DNA of 64,000 bases from Octopus bimaculoides (lineage: Eukaryota), in contig NC_068982.1 of assembly GCF_001194135.2 (NCBI RefSeq), forward strand, positions 92,208,683 to 92,272,682. Direction: 5' to 3'. Both the position numbers and the translations under genes were made by a program. Within the stretch, counting starts at the first letter, position 1. Each line of letters opens with the position of its first letter. Below, one piece after another: positions 50,438 through 63,683 of the stretch. The notes below the pieces were generated by a model. The model worked only from the letters and a program-made list of their open reading frames with translations. It ran no database searches and had not been told where the DNA came from.

Positions 50438-50705
50438 ATACAAAGCTATCTTCAGCCGCAAAAGTATTTCTCTCCCAGGAAATTACATCACATCAGCGTT
50501 AAAGGAGGAAGAAAGGTGTGATATAAGAGGTGAAGATCCTTTCGGTATTTTGTACAGTACTATACCTCGTATAATTCTCCATTTACTATACAAAACACCG
50601 AAAGGATCTTCACCTCTTATATCACACCTTTCTTCTTCCTTTAACGCCGATGTGATGTAATTTCCTGGGAGAGAAATACTTTTGCGGCTGAAGATAGCTT
50701 TGTAT
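50438..50705. repeat. Inverted repeat, 122-bp arms; left arm cut by an N gap; Penelope pLTR-like
   Basis: 50438-50559 vs 50584-50705, 4 transitions; the right arm continues into the hammerhead fold. Confidence 0.92.
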
Positions 50706-50752
50706 TGTAAATTATACATTGATATAAAGCTTGAAACACGTGTACCGCAGAA
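50680..50752 (+). ncRNA. Type I hammerhead ribozyme fold (Penelope/retrozyme-like)
   Basis: Stem I TTTTGCGG/CCGCAGAA, core CTGAAGA (50688-94), stem II AGCTTTGTAT/ATATAAAGCT, GAAA (50733-36), minimal stem III with ACGT loop, GUA triplet (50742-44). Confidence 0.72.
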
Positions 50753-50958
50753 TCCTTTGTATTTTTGCTGTTATGTTTTGGATTTACAATTTATATATAT
50801 ATATATATGTGTGTATATCTAGAATTATATTTATATTAATATGTATGTATATATACTTACATTTACATATGTGTATATATATATAGAGATGTATATATAT
50901 ATACTTATATATATATATATGTATATGTATATTCATGTATGTAATTATATATGTATAC

Positions 50959-50990
<32 letters not shown>

Positions 50991-51217
50991 ATATANNNNN
51001 NNNNNATATTTATATATATATATATATATGTATGTATATATACATATATATATATGTACATGTGTATATATTTGTATATGTATATATACACATATATCTA
51101 TATATGTATATACATATATATATTTGTATATACATATTTATATATTTATGTATACATATATATATTTATATGTATATATGTATATGTATATATTTATATA
51201 TCTATTTATATATGTAT

Positions 51218-51271
<54 letters not shown>

Positions 51272-51351
51272 GTATATCTATATATTTAAATATATATATA
51301 TTTTTGTGTATATATGTCCAAGCCATGCCAGTTAGGAACTTGGATGTTAAA

Positions 51352-51385
<34 letters not shown>

Positions 51386-51464
51386 CACATGTATGCATGT
51401 GCATACTTCGTGTGTCTGGGTGCTCATGTGTATACATAATCTTACATGTGTATGTATATGTGTG

Positions 51465-51510
<46 letters not shown>

Positions 51511-51736
51511 TATATATATATATATAACTTAATTCATTAAATTCACAACTTACCATAGGAATTAGAGTTCAATTCTCACCTATATTAAATAAACTGCCAT
51601 TCTCATTTGATGCAGTCTGTAAATCATCATTAATGTAGACTCAGACTATGACATATGAAGCATGACATATAGCTGAAATGAACAGAAAACAAGTTATTGA
51701 CATTTCAAATATTTCATTGCATATGTTTCAATACAC

Positions 51737-51830
51737 AATCAAATCAGGTATGGATCATTTCATCAGATGGAAGATATACAAATATTTCAGTATCTTCCAT
51801 CTGATGAAATGATCTTTAATTGATTTGATT
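51737..51830. repeat. Short hairpin: perfect 24-bp stem plus 10-bp outer stem
   Basis: 51753-51776 vs 51791-51814 are exact; 51737-51746 vs 51821-51830 are exact. Confidence 0.85.
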
Positions 51831-53049
51831 TGATTATTGAAAGTTTGTGCATATGTGAATGTATATATATGTATGTGTGTGTGTGTGAGACTTTTTCCTA
51901 ATATAGAAATAATGGCCAATATAAAGGAGAAAAACAAAACCCTGACATGTTGACAGAAGCTTGAATTCTTGGTTTTTCAGACTCTGAACCTCTTGTAGTG
52001 TTGAGCATAAAATGAAATAAGCATGTTTCAGCATCCGTTAGAATTGTGTATGGCAAACATGAAATCTATCAGGAAACAATAAAATCACAATTTGTATGTA
52101 CTATTTTCTGAACTTAGTACATAATTCTTAACCCATTTCAGCACCTGAAGAAGTTTGCTAGAAAAAATGTTTTGTCTTTCAATACATATTGTATTTGTTT
52201 ATTTATTCTGCTGTGTATTAATGGAATAAAATTTTGGTTTTTATTTAGCAAATGCATCTGAGGTTTTTATGTGTGTATGTTTCTGTGAGTGTTGCTTCAT
52301 GGTAAAGTGCTTAACTGAGGAAGGGTATCCAGCAATAAAGACGGTTATTCCAAAAGGAACCATTTATGTAATCACTAAGCATGCTAGAAATAACAGTCAC
52401 ATTTTCTTCAATTCATACCCTGTGTCATAAAAAAAAATGGCTATTTATAGCTAGAATACTTTTATTCTATATCTAAATCTGTCGATTAAAATCAATCCAA
52501 AAAATGCACTCCACTAGTGTTAACATAGAACAATGGATTAATAAAAAGCTAATGAAATGAGATGTACAGAATCTGTTGAAGCAGTGATGGAGGTGGCAGT
52601 AGAGTAAGCAGTTCAGATTTGTGACACACAGTGAGGTCACTGAAGAATTAGAGAAGGATGACATAGACCTGTTGTTCCAGATACACTGTGCTTTTGCCTA
52701 TGTAAAGGCCATAGTATAAAACTTGGCATATTATGTGACAGTCTGGACATACACTTTCTCACTGTCCAGTTTATTTCTGCTTGCCTGTATATTTTGGTGA
52801 TGACCACAGTGGAGATAGAGTATAACAGTTCCTCTTCCTCTGCACTTAATAGTTGAAGCAACATTTGAAAAAGTGAGTAGGATGTAACTTAATGACAGGA
52901 TGTTTGTTGTTGTGCAGCTTCAGGTCAACTCTGAAACTACCTGTGGCATGCAAGTAGTCAACCTTCAGCCCTGTTCTATTTATATCACAACTCCACCTGA
53001 GAACCATACTGCATAATCCAACATGCACTGATATATTGTATGAGTTGTA

Positions 53050-54050
53050 GTGTAACATTCATTAATTCTTTGACCCTATGTGCAGCGTAGAGCATCAACA
53101 AGAAATCTCCATCTGTCTCAATCTATGGCAAAGGATTGCATTTGTACCCAGGTATAGCCACCCGCCAGTGCTTCAGTTGCTGTGGACCTTCTTCATGTTG
53201 CTTTTGATCTGCTGTGTTTCTGTCTTCCTTGCGGTGTCCATTGGGGGCCTTGCTTTGTAATGTCGATAACAGGTTTCTATAGGGTGTATCCCAGTGGATA
53301 TATTGCAATCTTACTACTGTCCAGTCTATTTCTATAAACTTACAGATTCTAGTGGTGGCCACAGAAGAGGTGGAAAAAGTGGCCTTTCTCAGAGCAAAAT
53401 AGTTGCTGTTCATTGGTACTTATTGGTGGCATGCATCTTAGGACAAAGGTTAGGAATTAATTCAGCTATAGATGCAATAGTTATTTCTGCATGTATATGA
53501 GTTTTATACCACCACCACGCTTTTTTGTGTGTTTGTGTATGTATCTGAACTGAGGGCAAAAGAGTCTTTTTGGGGTGCTGTTAATGTAACCTTTGGAAAT
53601 AACTTCATGTCGTGGAAGAACCATGAGGATTGAAATTGCTTAGGTAACAAACTGTACCCTTCACTTTACCAGATGTTCTTTTTGGTGAGAATATGTAGAA
53701 TGTTGTTCTTTGCTCTTTGTTGTGGAATGTCTGATGGGGGCCCAAACTGTACTGGTATAATCTACAATGAATCTAATATATTGTTTGTACACCACTATTG
53801 TTTGGTTTTGATAGCCAAGTTGTGGTATCTGCATGTCCTCTACATACCGTACAGATTCTGTACATCAGTTTGCTTTATTTATTATGTGTGCGGTGAATGT
53901 TGTTGTGGTGTTGTAATTCCTAGTATATTTAATCTTCTGTGTGTTTGTAGTATGTTTGGGTTGTCAAGTGTTGCTGATGAGAAGGTGCTACTTTAAAGTT
54001 GTTTTGAAAGCAGGCTTCTGGGTGATAGATGTAAGGTTGCAGTAGATGTA
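53050..54050 (-). mobile_element. Old RTE/BovB-like LINE C-terminal relic
   Basis: KTK.VY and QIKSNMKK-like motifs scattered across frames. Confidence 0.45.
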
Positions 54051-55379
54051 CAGCTGTGTCCTGAGAAAACTGGAAGGATGTGATTATGAAATTGTCTGCA
54101 TTTGGGGCTTTGTATATCTTTTGAGGTATGAAAAGATTATTTCAGTACATGTTAAAAGTACAAGCATGTCAGTGTAGTTGAAAAGTTTGCTTCCTAACCA
54201 CATGTTTTCAAGTTCAGTTCTATTGCATGGCACTTTGGGCAAGTTTCTTCTATTATAGCCCCAGGCCAATGAGAGGATTTGGTAAACAGAAACTAAAAGA
54301 AGCCTGTAATAATTGTGTGTATGTTTCCTTGTCTTGGCATCACACAATAACCGTGAGTGTCACTGTCATACAAGTGGTGTGTTTCTTTTCTAATCTATAA
54401 ACCTGTCCTATCAGGTGAGAGTTGGCAATAGAAGAGTTTGGAAACGAGTGAGAGTTGGCAATGGAAAGGTATCCTGTCATAGAAAATTTCCTTCAATTAA
54501 TTTTGTCTGACTCTTGCAAGCATGAAAACAATGGATGTAAAAATAATGATGTTGGGTGAGAGGATATATACATGAAATGGACCATTTGTGGAAATTGCAA
54601 TGTTTTTTTAATATGATAAGATTGACCAACAGCCAATTTAGCTTGCTAGTCTATATTTTTGTGTTGTTTCTTTAGATGTTGAGTATTTCATATGTAAGTG
54701 GAGAGCAGGGAATGGAGCCAAAAGCTTGCTGATGTTGGTAGTAGTTAGATTGGTTATCCTCATTATCATCATTTGATGACCATTTTGCGTGCTGGCATGG
54801 GTTGGACAGTTTGACAAGAGCTAGCAAGCCAAACCGGTTGTGCCAGGCTCTATTGTCCAATTTGGCATGGTTTCTATGACTGGAAGCCTTTCCAAATGCC
54901 AACCACTTTACAGTGTACTGGGTGCATGTGAGAATTTTTGTTCTTTTTAAGCAACTTATGCAATGTTCTAATGACTCTGCCAATTGGTTGTATTGGAATA
55001 TGTATGTATATGTAAATAGCCATGTATGTGTGTAGTTGAAAAGCTTGTTTCCTAACCACATGGATGCAGGTTCAGTCCCATGAACAAGTGTCAGCCCAGG
55101 GCTGACCAATGCTTTGTGAGTGGATTTGGTAGACAGAAACTGTTGTGTGTGCGCATGTGTGTGTACTTGTCTTGACATTGTATGATTGCTGAAAATGAAT
55201 GTCATTCATTTCCAATACTCTGCAAAAATATGTCATGAGAAAGTATTACCTTACTTGGAAAGTGATAGGTGTTAGTGATAGGAAGGACCTTTGAAAATCT
55301 GCCTCAAATAAACTCTGTATGATCCATGCAAGCATGGAAAGGTGGATCTTAAGATGATGACAATGATAATGAAGCTATC

Positions 55380-56660
55380 TTTTGAGCTTTGTATTAGGTT
55401 CGAGTTGTTAAGTCATCTGAATTTGTATTGTGATTTAGAGGGTTGAAATGAGGAGTGGGTTAATAAATGCAGTGAATCCTTTAGACTTTGGGTGTTTTAG
55501 ATGTATGTTTGCAATCTTCTCATAGTCATAGCCTGACACTTTTGAACTTTTAGATTTCCTTATAGCTTTCAGAGTATCTGCTGGAAGAAAAAGCTCAAAA
55601 TTATGGTCTACATAGAAGGTGTGTTTTTCTTCTTAATTTTTATTTTGGATTTTTAGTGGCTGATTTTCAAGTAACAACCTATGAGAGTGCTTGTTTGGTG
55701 TTAGTGTGTTGGACATTTGAGATTTTTATTTTGACATAGGCTATGGCATGGCAATTATTGTTGATAATAAATACTCAACTTGCTTTATTTTCTTTAGTTT
55801 TCCATTTCCTTGTTTAATTGTTTCACACTGAGCTCCAGTTCTGTTTATGGTGTTGATATATTATAATTGAGGTTCATGTTTCTGTTTTGTAATTTGGGTT
55901 GTATTTTTATGTTGCCCCTATTTTTTTAAAACATCTATAATTATTTCTTTGAATTTGGTTACTGATTGTGGTATTTTTGAATTCTATAAACCATAATTAT
56001 ATTTCTTGATAGTACTGGTTCCACTATATTTTTGCTTTCCACTTTACTTCTCTTTTTTTTTCTTTTGCTTTATTTATTAATGTGTGACTGTGTTGGCCAG
56101 ATGAGAGTTGGGGAAGTTTGTTATCTGGTTGTGGTAGCTCAGTGTATGAAAAGATGATGATGTGTGGAGGATGAATTGTTCTATGTTGATTGGTAAAACA
56201 TGTTGGTGTGGAATATTTACAATATAAAGGAGTTTAGTTGTGATTTTTAGCTGTCTCTTGTCTCACCAGAGCTTTTGGAATACCCAGGATGTGGTGTATG
56301 CATTAATGTCTCTCTTAATTTTGCTACTTGAGAGAGTAATTATCTTTGGATGTGAAATGTTGGTATTTTTCAAATGTATTGTGGAGGAAACTGTCATGTT
56401 GTAAAGGGAGATAATAATTGCACTTCATGTTTTTGTCGTGATTATTGTTTCTCAAATGTGTGTTCATGACGAGCTTTTGTAACTGGTGTTGTTTGACGAT
56501 GTTGTGTGATTATTTTAGAAAATACCTTTTGTGCGAAGTTGTTGGTCACAGATATGGTCCACATGTGAAAAGTGTTTTGCTGTGTTTCAAACCTTTATCA
56601 TTCAGCCAGCTTTCAAGCCAAGATCCTCCTGTCTTATTTTTATGTTCAGGATTACTTTAT
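55380..56660 (-). mobile_element. Old APE-type LINE relic (pre-RT region)
   Basis: PADTLKAIRKSKSSKVSG..IHLKH resembles the K.A.GPD.I...LK region preceding RT. Confidence 0.4.
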
Positions 56661-58499
56661 CCGGTATATTTATTCATTTAGAAGACAGAAGATTAAGATT
56701 TTAAGGAGATTTAGCTTCCAATTACAGCAGGTCAGATGACTATATGGTGGCTCTTTCATTGTCTTATTCAGTGATAAAATTTGATGGCTGAAGAGTTTTT
56801 GTTTTTGTTGTTTTTTTAAACAATATTTTAGGAGATGCATTCTAGAACATGTAAAAGTGTGTAACCTAGTGGGTAGAGTGTTGCATTCACGATCACAAGA
56901 TCATGGTTTCAATTCCTGGAGTAGATGGTGCATTGTGTTCTTGAGCAAAACACTTCATTTCAAGTCACTCCAATCCATTCACCTGTAAGTGAATAACCCT
57001 GCAATAGACTGGCATCTTGTTGAGGATGAGTGTCGTGATCTCAGTCACTTATACATCATGGAAACTGGATAACAGGCCCTATGAGTCCTTGAACCCAAGA
57101 CACTAACATCATTCTAGAGCATGTGTGTGTAAGCTGTGAATGCAGTGTTGTGGTGTACAGAACAAAATACATACTAAATATTCAGAGTTAGCAGCTGCTA
57201 AAGACTCAAATATTTTCAGGCGCTGAACAGAAACTACACCATTTGTGAAGCAGTCTTTATTGAGTAAATTATATATAGTGGCTATGAGAAATTGTCAGAC
57301 ATGGTATTTGTTAGAGACAGCAGTGTCCATTACTAATTGCTCAGTATATTTATTTATTTATGTGTTTCAGCCAAGTGGCTGCGGTCATGCTGGTGCACCA
57401 CCGTGAATGGATGTTTCTTTGGGATATGTGACATCATTTAAATGAGACTAAGTTATTAAAATAAACAAGATATTTCAAAAGCCAAGCTTCAGTGAAAATG
57501 CACAGACCCAGTGAGAAGTATGAAGGGTGTATGTGGAAAAACACACAAGTGCGGAAAGATTAGACAGCAATGTCGTTGGAGGTGACAATAGATAAATAAT
57601 TGATGCAAAATTGAGTGTAGGAGGAAAGGGTGAGTTGATAGCTGGAAGGTCTGACATAGATCCAACTCCATATGTTAAAATTGTAGAAAAGCATGAGAAC
57701 CAAAGGATTGTGGAGTTGTTGTTTAGCTCCAATTAAGACCTAATTCAACAGACCTACAGTCAGAAATATTCCAGTTATGATCAGTGGTCTTTTTCTTTTC
57801 CAGGCAACAAACTATATTATCAAATACCATTTTTATAATTTTTAAGATAGTAAAATGTAATTTGAGAAAGATATGGCTGCTATTTCTAGCAAATTTAGCA
57901 ACTATGTTGGGGATCTATAAAGGTAAAATTGGATACATTGGAGAGATTTTTATACCAGACAAGGATAACAACTTTTCTTTCACTGATATATATATATTTG
58001 ATAGGAAAAGTCTAAAGTAGATATCACTTTGAGGGTCCAAATGTTGGTCTCTGATGAAGAAATGAGATAGAGAACAAGGTGTACATTTATAGTTATTTTT
58101 ATACCATTAGATATGATGGATAAGAAAGCAATCTTTGGGTTCATGAAATATCAACTTTCTAATAATTTGTATGCCTTTAAGCATTGATAAAGCATACTAT
58201 GTAGTCATGTGACAAATGATTGTAAATTCCTAGTTGACAAAACAGCTTGATAAAGTTAAAACCAATCATTGGAATTGGTGGAAAAACACAAGAGCTAAAC
58301 TTGGTGATTTATGACATCCTTTGTTCAAATCAGAAGAAATCAAATTTTTCTTATATTTCTTAAGGATTAATGAAATAAGTATCAATATTAGACTGAGATC
58401 AATTCAATTAGCATATCCTTCTATTATAAAAATTGATCTGCCTTTGTAAAAAAAAAAAAGCACATTTACTAACCTCGTAGGTTGGGAACAGTTTATAGT

Positions 58500-59300
58500 T
58501 GTATGCTCCAGATCTGACAGGAGGCTTGCTTTTCTGTCACACACGATTGGTCTCCTTTTTTAGAAAACATTGGTGAAAGCAATTTTGTTACCTTTGATAT
58601 CAGCAAAGCCTTTAACTATGTCTGATACGAGAACTTCCAAGCAAGGTTGTCCACCTATTGACTCTCATCTCTTGGATCAGATATTTCCTCTCAGACCACT
58701 GGTGCAGTGACCCACCTTGTATCAATTCCATTGCAATTCAAGGTCTATGTTTCATTTATTGTGTATGTTACCCACCACTTCTTAATAAACTTATCTACAC
58801 AGATGTCATCTACAGAAGATCCTCTGTGTGATCATTCAACTAGCAGCCAAATTTCCATCAAGTCACACCAAGCCATCTTAAAAATGGAAGGATTAGATAA
58901 TAGATAATGTGGTTATGGATGCACTATGCCTGAAAATGAGATGAGATGGTCATAGATCTGTTTGAACAGGGTTAAATGACATGTGACCTCATGCCAAATA
59001 TACATTACTTCTGTGAACAGAGAACTTACAAAACACAACAGATTGCAACATGACACCCTAGTCTCATTCAATAGCTCATATATCAAAGAAACACTATACT
59101 CTCTTCCTTACTTATAAGTGACATACAATTAAAACCTTCAAAAATTTACTTGGCCTCTCAGTTGCTGATGACTTTCCTTGGCACCCAACGTATCTATAAT
59201 ATAGCGAAAATAGTATAGCAGAGGTTACATCTTCAGGATCATAAATTACTTCAATTCTGCAAATGTTTGAGCTTTCTAGATCTGAAGAAAAAAATATCAT
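58500..59300 (+). mobile_element. Decayed CR1-like LINE fragment
   Basis: GES..V.FDISKAF motif at about 58570-58620. Confidence 0.45.
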
Positions 59301-59873
59301 TAAACTTATTATCATCATCGTGTTCTATGATAGCAAGGGTTGAATGGTCTGGAAGGATCCCATGGACCCAAGGAGTGTATTCTGTGCCAGTGTCTGCTCT
59401 GCCCTTCCTAATGCCAACCACTTTATAGCATGTACTGGGTGCATTTTTCATGCTACAGCACTAGTGATTGCCATGCAGCTTGCAAGACCCTAAGGGGGTA
59501 GCCTATGCTAGGAGATGAGTTATAAAAGTATAAGAGAAGAGACTAGAGCAGAACAGGTTTTTGCTGTAGAGGATCTACATGACAACTCACATTTTAGAAG
59601 AGAGTGGAAATAATCAGGTGGAGCTGAAAATCATTACAACTAGCTTACTGACTTGTGTCCTCCTTCTGACACCACTACAATGGTTCTTGCTCCTATGAAT
59701 GAAGGAGAATTGTACCTTTCATCTCTCATCATCTCTATTCTCCAAACTTATCCTCTTAAAAATGTCCTCCCTGCTCACATTTCCTCTACTGAATCTCAAC
59801 CTGCAAAAATTCATATTAAATATCAACTACACCCAATCAAAATGGGAGCTTCTATGTAGTGTGTGTGTGTGTG

Positions 59874-59905
<32 letters not shown>

Positions 59906-59916
59906 TNNNNNNNNNN

Positions 59917-59957
<41 letters not shown>

Positions 59958-60819
59958 ATAAAGATCTTTCTCAAATATTATAGACTCATAGGGCTGATTC
60001 CTTGGTTTCTGTGGTGTATATATTAACTCTTGAACAGGACATTGGTCCACTGCAGGAATACTCATTTTTTTCTTGCTGAGCATTATGAAATGAAATGTTT
60101 TGCTCAAGAACACAACACATCACCTGGTCCAGGAATCAAAACCACAATCTTACCACTAAGCCATGCACCTCCACACACATACACACAAATATCATCATTT
60201 AAGGTCCTCCTTCCACGCTGGCATGGTTTGACAGGAACTGGCAAGTCCAGAGACTGCGCTTAGTACTACTGTCAACTTTGGCATTGATTTCTACATCTGG
60301 ATGCTCTTCCTAATGTCAACCACTTTACAAATAATGTGCAAAACAAAACCCCTCGATTGAGAGAGGTGGCTTAGTGCTAGGTGACGAGAAATTAGAATAT
60401 GAAGAGAGGGATAGAAATAGATATCTTGCGGTAGAGGAGATTCATGGCTACCTCGGTTGTAGAGTGATGAGAGAAAAGATGGTGAAAATGTGATGAAACA
60501 TACACCCAAGTTAGAAGAATGCGTATATATAGTAAACCGGACCAGGGATTGGATAGGTTAAGTGGTTGGGTAAGTTCACAAGTTTGCAAAATAGAGTAGA
60601 TGGAGGGGAGAGGAATGTAGACAGTGGGCATAGATGGTGTGTTAGGAGAATATATTGTAGGGATGAGATTTGATAGGAACGTAGTGTGCAGATGTGTTTG
60701 CAAAGGAGAATGGGATATAGAGGGAGGAGATCATGGATGGTGGGGAGGTGTTGGGAAGATGGGATGTGCAAGAGGTTTGTCAGGGACAGATTGTGAGCAT
60801 GGGCATAAAGGACATGCCC

Positions 60820-61795
60820 TTTTTGGCTCTGGTTTCACTTATCTTGACAAGTCCTCTCAAGCACAGCAAATCACCAACTGTCTCCATCCTGTGTGAGGTT
60901 CAACATCTGAAGATCATTTTTCACCACATCTCATGTCTTCCTCTTCTACTGGTTCCTGCTACATTTAGAAGTCAGCATTTCTTTATGCAGCTGTTTTCAC
61001 CCATTTGCATCACATGACCGTACCAATACTGTCTTCTCTCTTGCACACAATTTTTCTCTCAAAACACTTTGTTGTATATGCACACTAACAGTGCACATCC
61101 AGCAGAGCATGCTGGTATCATTTCTTTCAAGCATGTCCTTTACATTCACAGCACATATTTCACTACCATGTAGCATAGCTGTTTATACACAGGCATCATA
61201 CAATTTGCCTTTCATTCTGAGGGAGGAGCCTTTTGTTAGCAACAAAGGTAATAGCTCTCTTTGCCCAGCCAGCTCTTATTCAGAGCATCCTTCACCACTA
61301 CTAATTTGGTCCCCTAGGTGACAAAAACTATTACCTCTAAGCATCCCTCTAGGTATTTGAGGAAATCTATATCCTGTGTTCTTAGTGTTTATTGTTTCTG
61401 CACATCTGTCACACAAAGATTACTCTCTCTCTCTCTCTCTCTTAACCTTCCTGTGAATCTATTGCATGTCAATAGCTTGCACTTGGTACACTGTATAGAA
61501 TTTCTACCTACAACTTTTCTACATATTGAGTAAGCCAATTTCCTGAAGGAATTAGTAATTTGTCTGCTTTCCTGCTTACTAATACTTTGGTCAAGACCCT
61601 TTGCTTCCACACATGAAATTTCTCTAATTCTACTAAAGATTCAACTGTAAGAACAAGGTCATCAGCATAGAGGGACTACCATAGACAATTAGTTACGGCC
61701 TGGAGGACTATGATAAATAAGAGGTGGCTGAGAACCAATCCTTGGTGAACTCCTACCTGCGCACTAAATTCATTGCTGACTTTCACCTTCTGACA
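60820..61795 (-). mobile_element. RTE-clade LINE relic
   Basis: Reverse strand shows GVHQG, YADDLVL, GRNSIQCTKCKL and RTE C-terminal homology to 7385-8500. Confidence 0.8.
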
Positions 61796-61809
61796 GCATC
61801 CCAATAAGT

Positions 61810-63300
61810 GTGAGCAGATGGATATTGGTATGCTTGCACTTAGTGATGTGGACAAGAAAGAGGTGTGGAAGAGTTACTATGCAACACTGTTAAATGTGGA
61901 GAATAAATGCGATAAAAGGAGTCTCCCTCGTGTAAGCCCAACAGAGGGACCAGCTATCTTAATGGGAAGCAGTATGGCAGAAAAGGTAAATTAAAGACAT
62001 GAAAACGGGGAAAGTAAGGTAGATATGGTTCTAGTCACCTTAATTCATTCAGGAAGGTGTAATACCCAGTCATTGGCATAGCAACATTATTGTTAGCAAG
62101 TACAAGGGTAAGGGTGATGTTTTAGATGGAAGCAATTATAGATGTCTCAAACTCCTGGACCAGGGGAAAATTATGGAGAGTTATAACCCAATTAATTAGG
62201 AGTAGAATTAGGCTACACAAAATGCAGCTTGGCTTTGTCCAAGGGAAAAGAAGTACTTAGCTAAGATTAAACCATTATACTTTGCATTTGTTGATCTAGA
62301 GAAAGCCTTCAGCAGAATACCCCACTGTGTGATATGGTGGGCTCCGAGGCTAGGGATAAAGTGGCTTGTGAAAGATAGATGGCCCTATTCAATTTGAAGG
62401 AGAGGTGTAGGCAGGAACTCCATACAGTGTAAGCTATGGACACACAAGAGGTGCAGTGGAATAATAGGAAGGTTATTAGAGAAAGTAGTGTTCATATGTG
62501 GAAGATGCACAGGACCCATAAAAACTACAGATGCTCAGGAATTTGAATCTCTCAAATGCCCTAGTGGCTCATTAGAGGTAGTACCTAGGGGACCAAATTA
62601 GTAGTGGAGGAGGATGTACAGAGAGTGTGATAGGTAGAATAAGAATAGGATGGAGAAAATTTAGAGAGCTGTTGGCTATGAAAGGTTTCTCTCTCTGAGG
62701 GAAAGGAAGATTGTATGATGTGTGTATAGGGATAGCAATTCTACATGGTAGTGAGATGTAGGCCTTGAATGCAGAGGACATGTGAAGGTTAGAGAGGCAT
62801 GAGGCTAGTATGCTCAGCTGGATGTGTAATGTAAGTGTACATGTTCAACAGAAAGCTAGTGTATTGAGAGAGAAGTCAAGCATAAGAGGAATTAGATGCA
62901 GTGTGGAAGAAAGACTGCTCTGGTTAGGTTGTGATGCTGATGGATGCCAACAACTCCATAAAGAAGTGCCAATCTCTTAAAGTAGATAGAACACATGGAA
63001 GAAGGAGACCCAGGAAGACATGAACAAAGTACTGAAGGACGATCTCAGGACACTGAACCTTACAGATGAGATGACAAAGGACCGAGATACCTGGTTTCTT
63101 ATTGTACTCAAGAAGACACATACTCCACAGCAGAAATGTTAAGTGCACTCGCTCTGGTGAAGAAGATTGGCCTGCCAGAGTCCTGAGCTAGTGCCACATA
63201 AAAGCACTCTGTGTAAAGTGTTGGTGTTAGGAAGGGCATCCAGCCATAGAAACCAGACCAAATCAGACTCAAACCATCCAACCTATGCCAAACTAGTGTA
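61810..63300 (+). mobile_element. RTE-clade LINE relic with internal deletion and 3' tail
   Basis: LLNVEN..EGPA, FAFVDLEKAF, GRNSIQCKLWTHKRC, C-terminal RPRKT-like region, then the GTTAGGAAGGGCATCCAG tail. Confidence 0.8.
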
Positions 63301-63683
63301 AGTGAAGAGGAAGGATTTAAAGTGTGCTAAAGCTGTGTTTTACACTACAATAAATAAGAATTTGTTGTCTGGCTTCAGACTGTAGGCAGGGGATTTTGAA
63401 AATCTTGTTGCATTCCTGTTCAAAAGATTAGGCAAAAGCAAGTGAAATTGAAGATGTTATAGGTAGGTTGATATAATTAATATCTGTCAAGTAACAGATT
63501 GGCATTAGGAAGGGCATCCAGCTGTAAAAATCCTGCCAAAACAGTCACAGAAGTCTGGTGCACGCTTCTGCCTGGCCGGCTCCTGTCAAACCATCCCACC
63601 CATGCCAGCATGAAAGGCAGATGTTAAATGATGATGGTTTTATATATATATATATACATAATAATGCACATGATACAAACAAA

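Larger units (their letters stand above)
46030..51530. repeat. Island of (TA)n/(TG)n/(CA)n and cryptic simple repeats with embedded elements and gaps
   Basis: Direct inspection; it generates the YIYI/CVCV-type ORFs in the track. Confidence 0.95.

Noticed and set aside
46032-51556. Many ORFs of YIYI/CVCV/HTHT type
   Set aside because: Translations of dinucleotide microsatellites, not genes.
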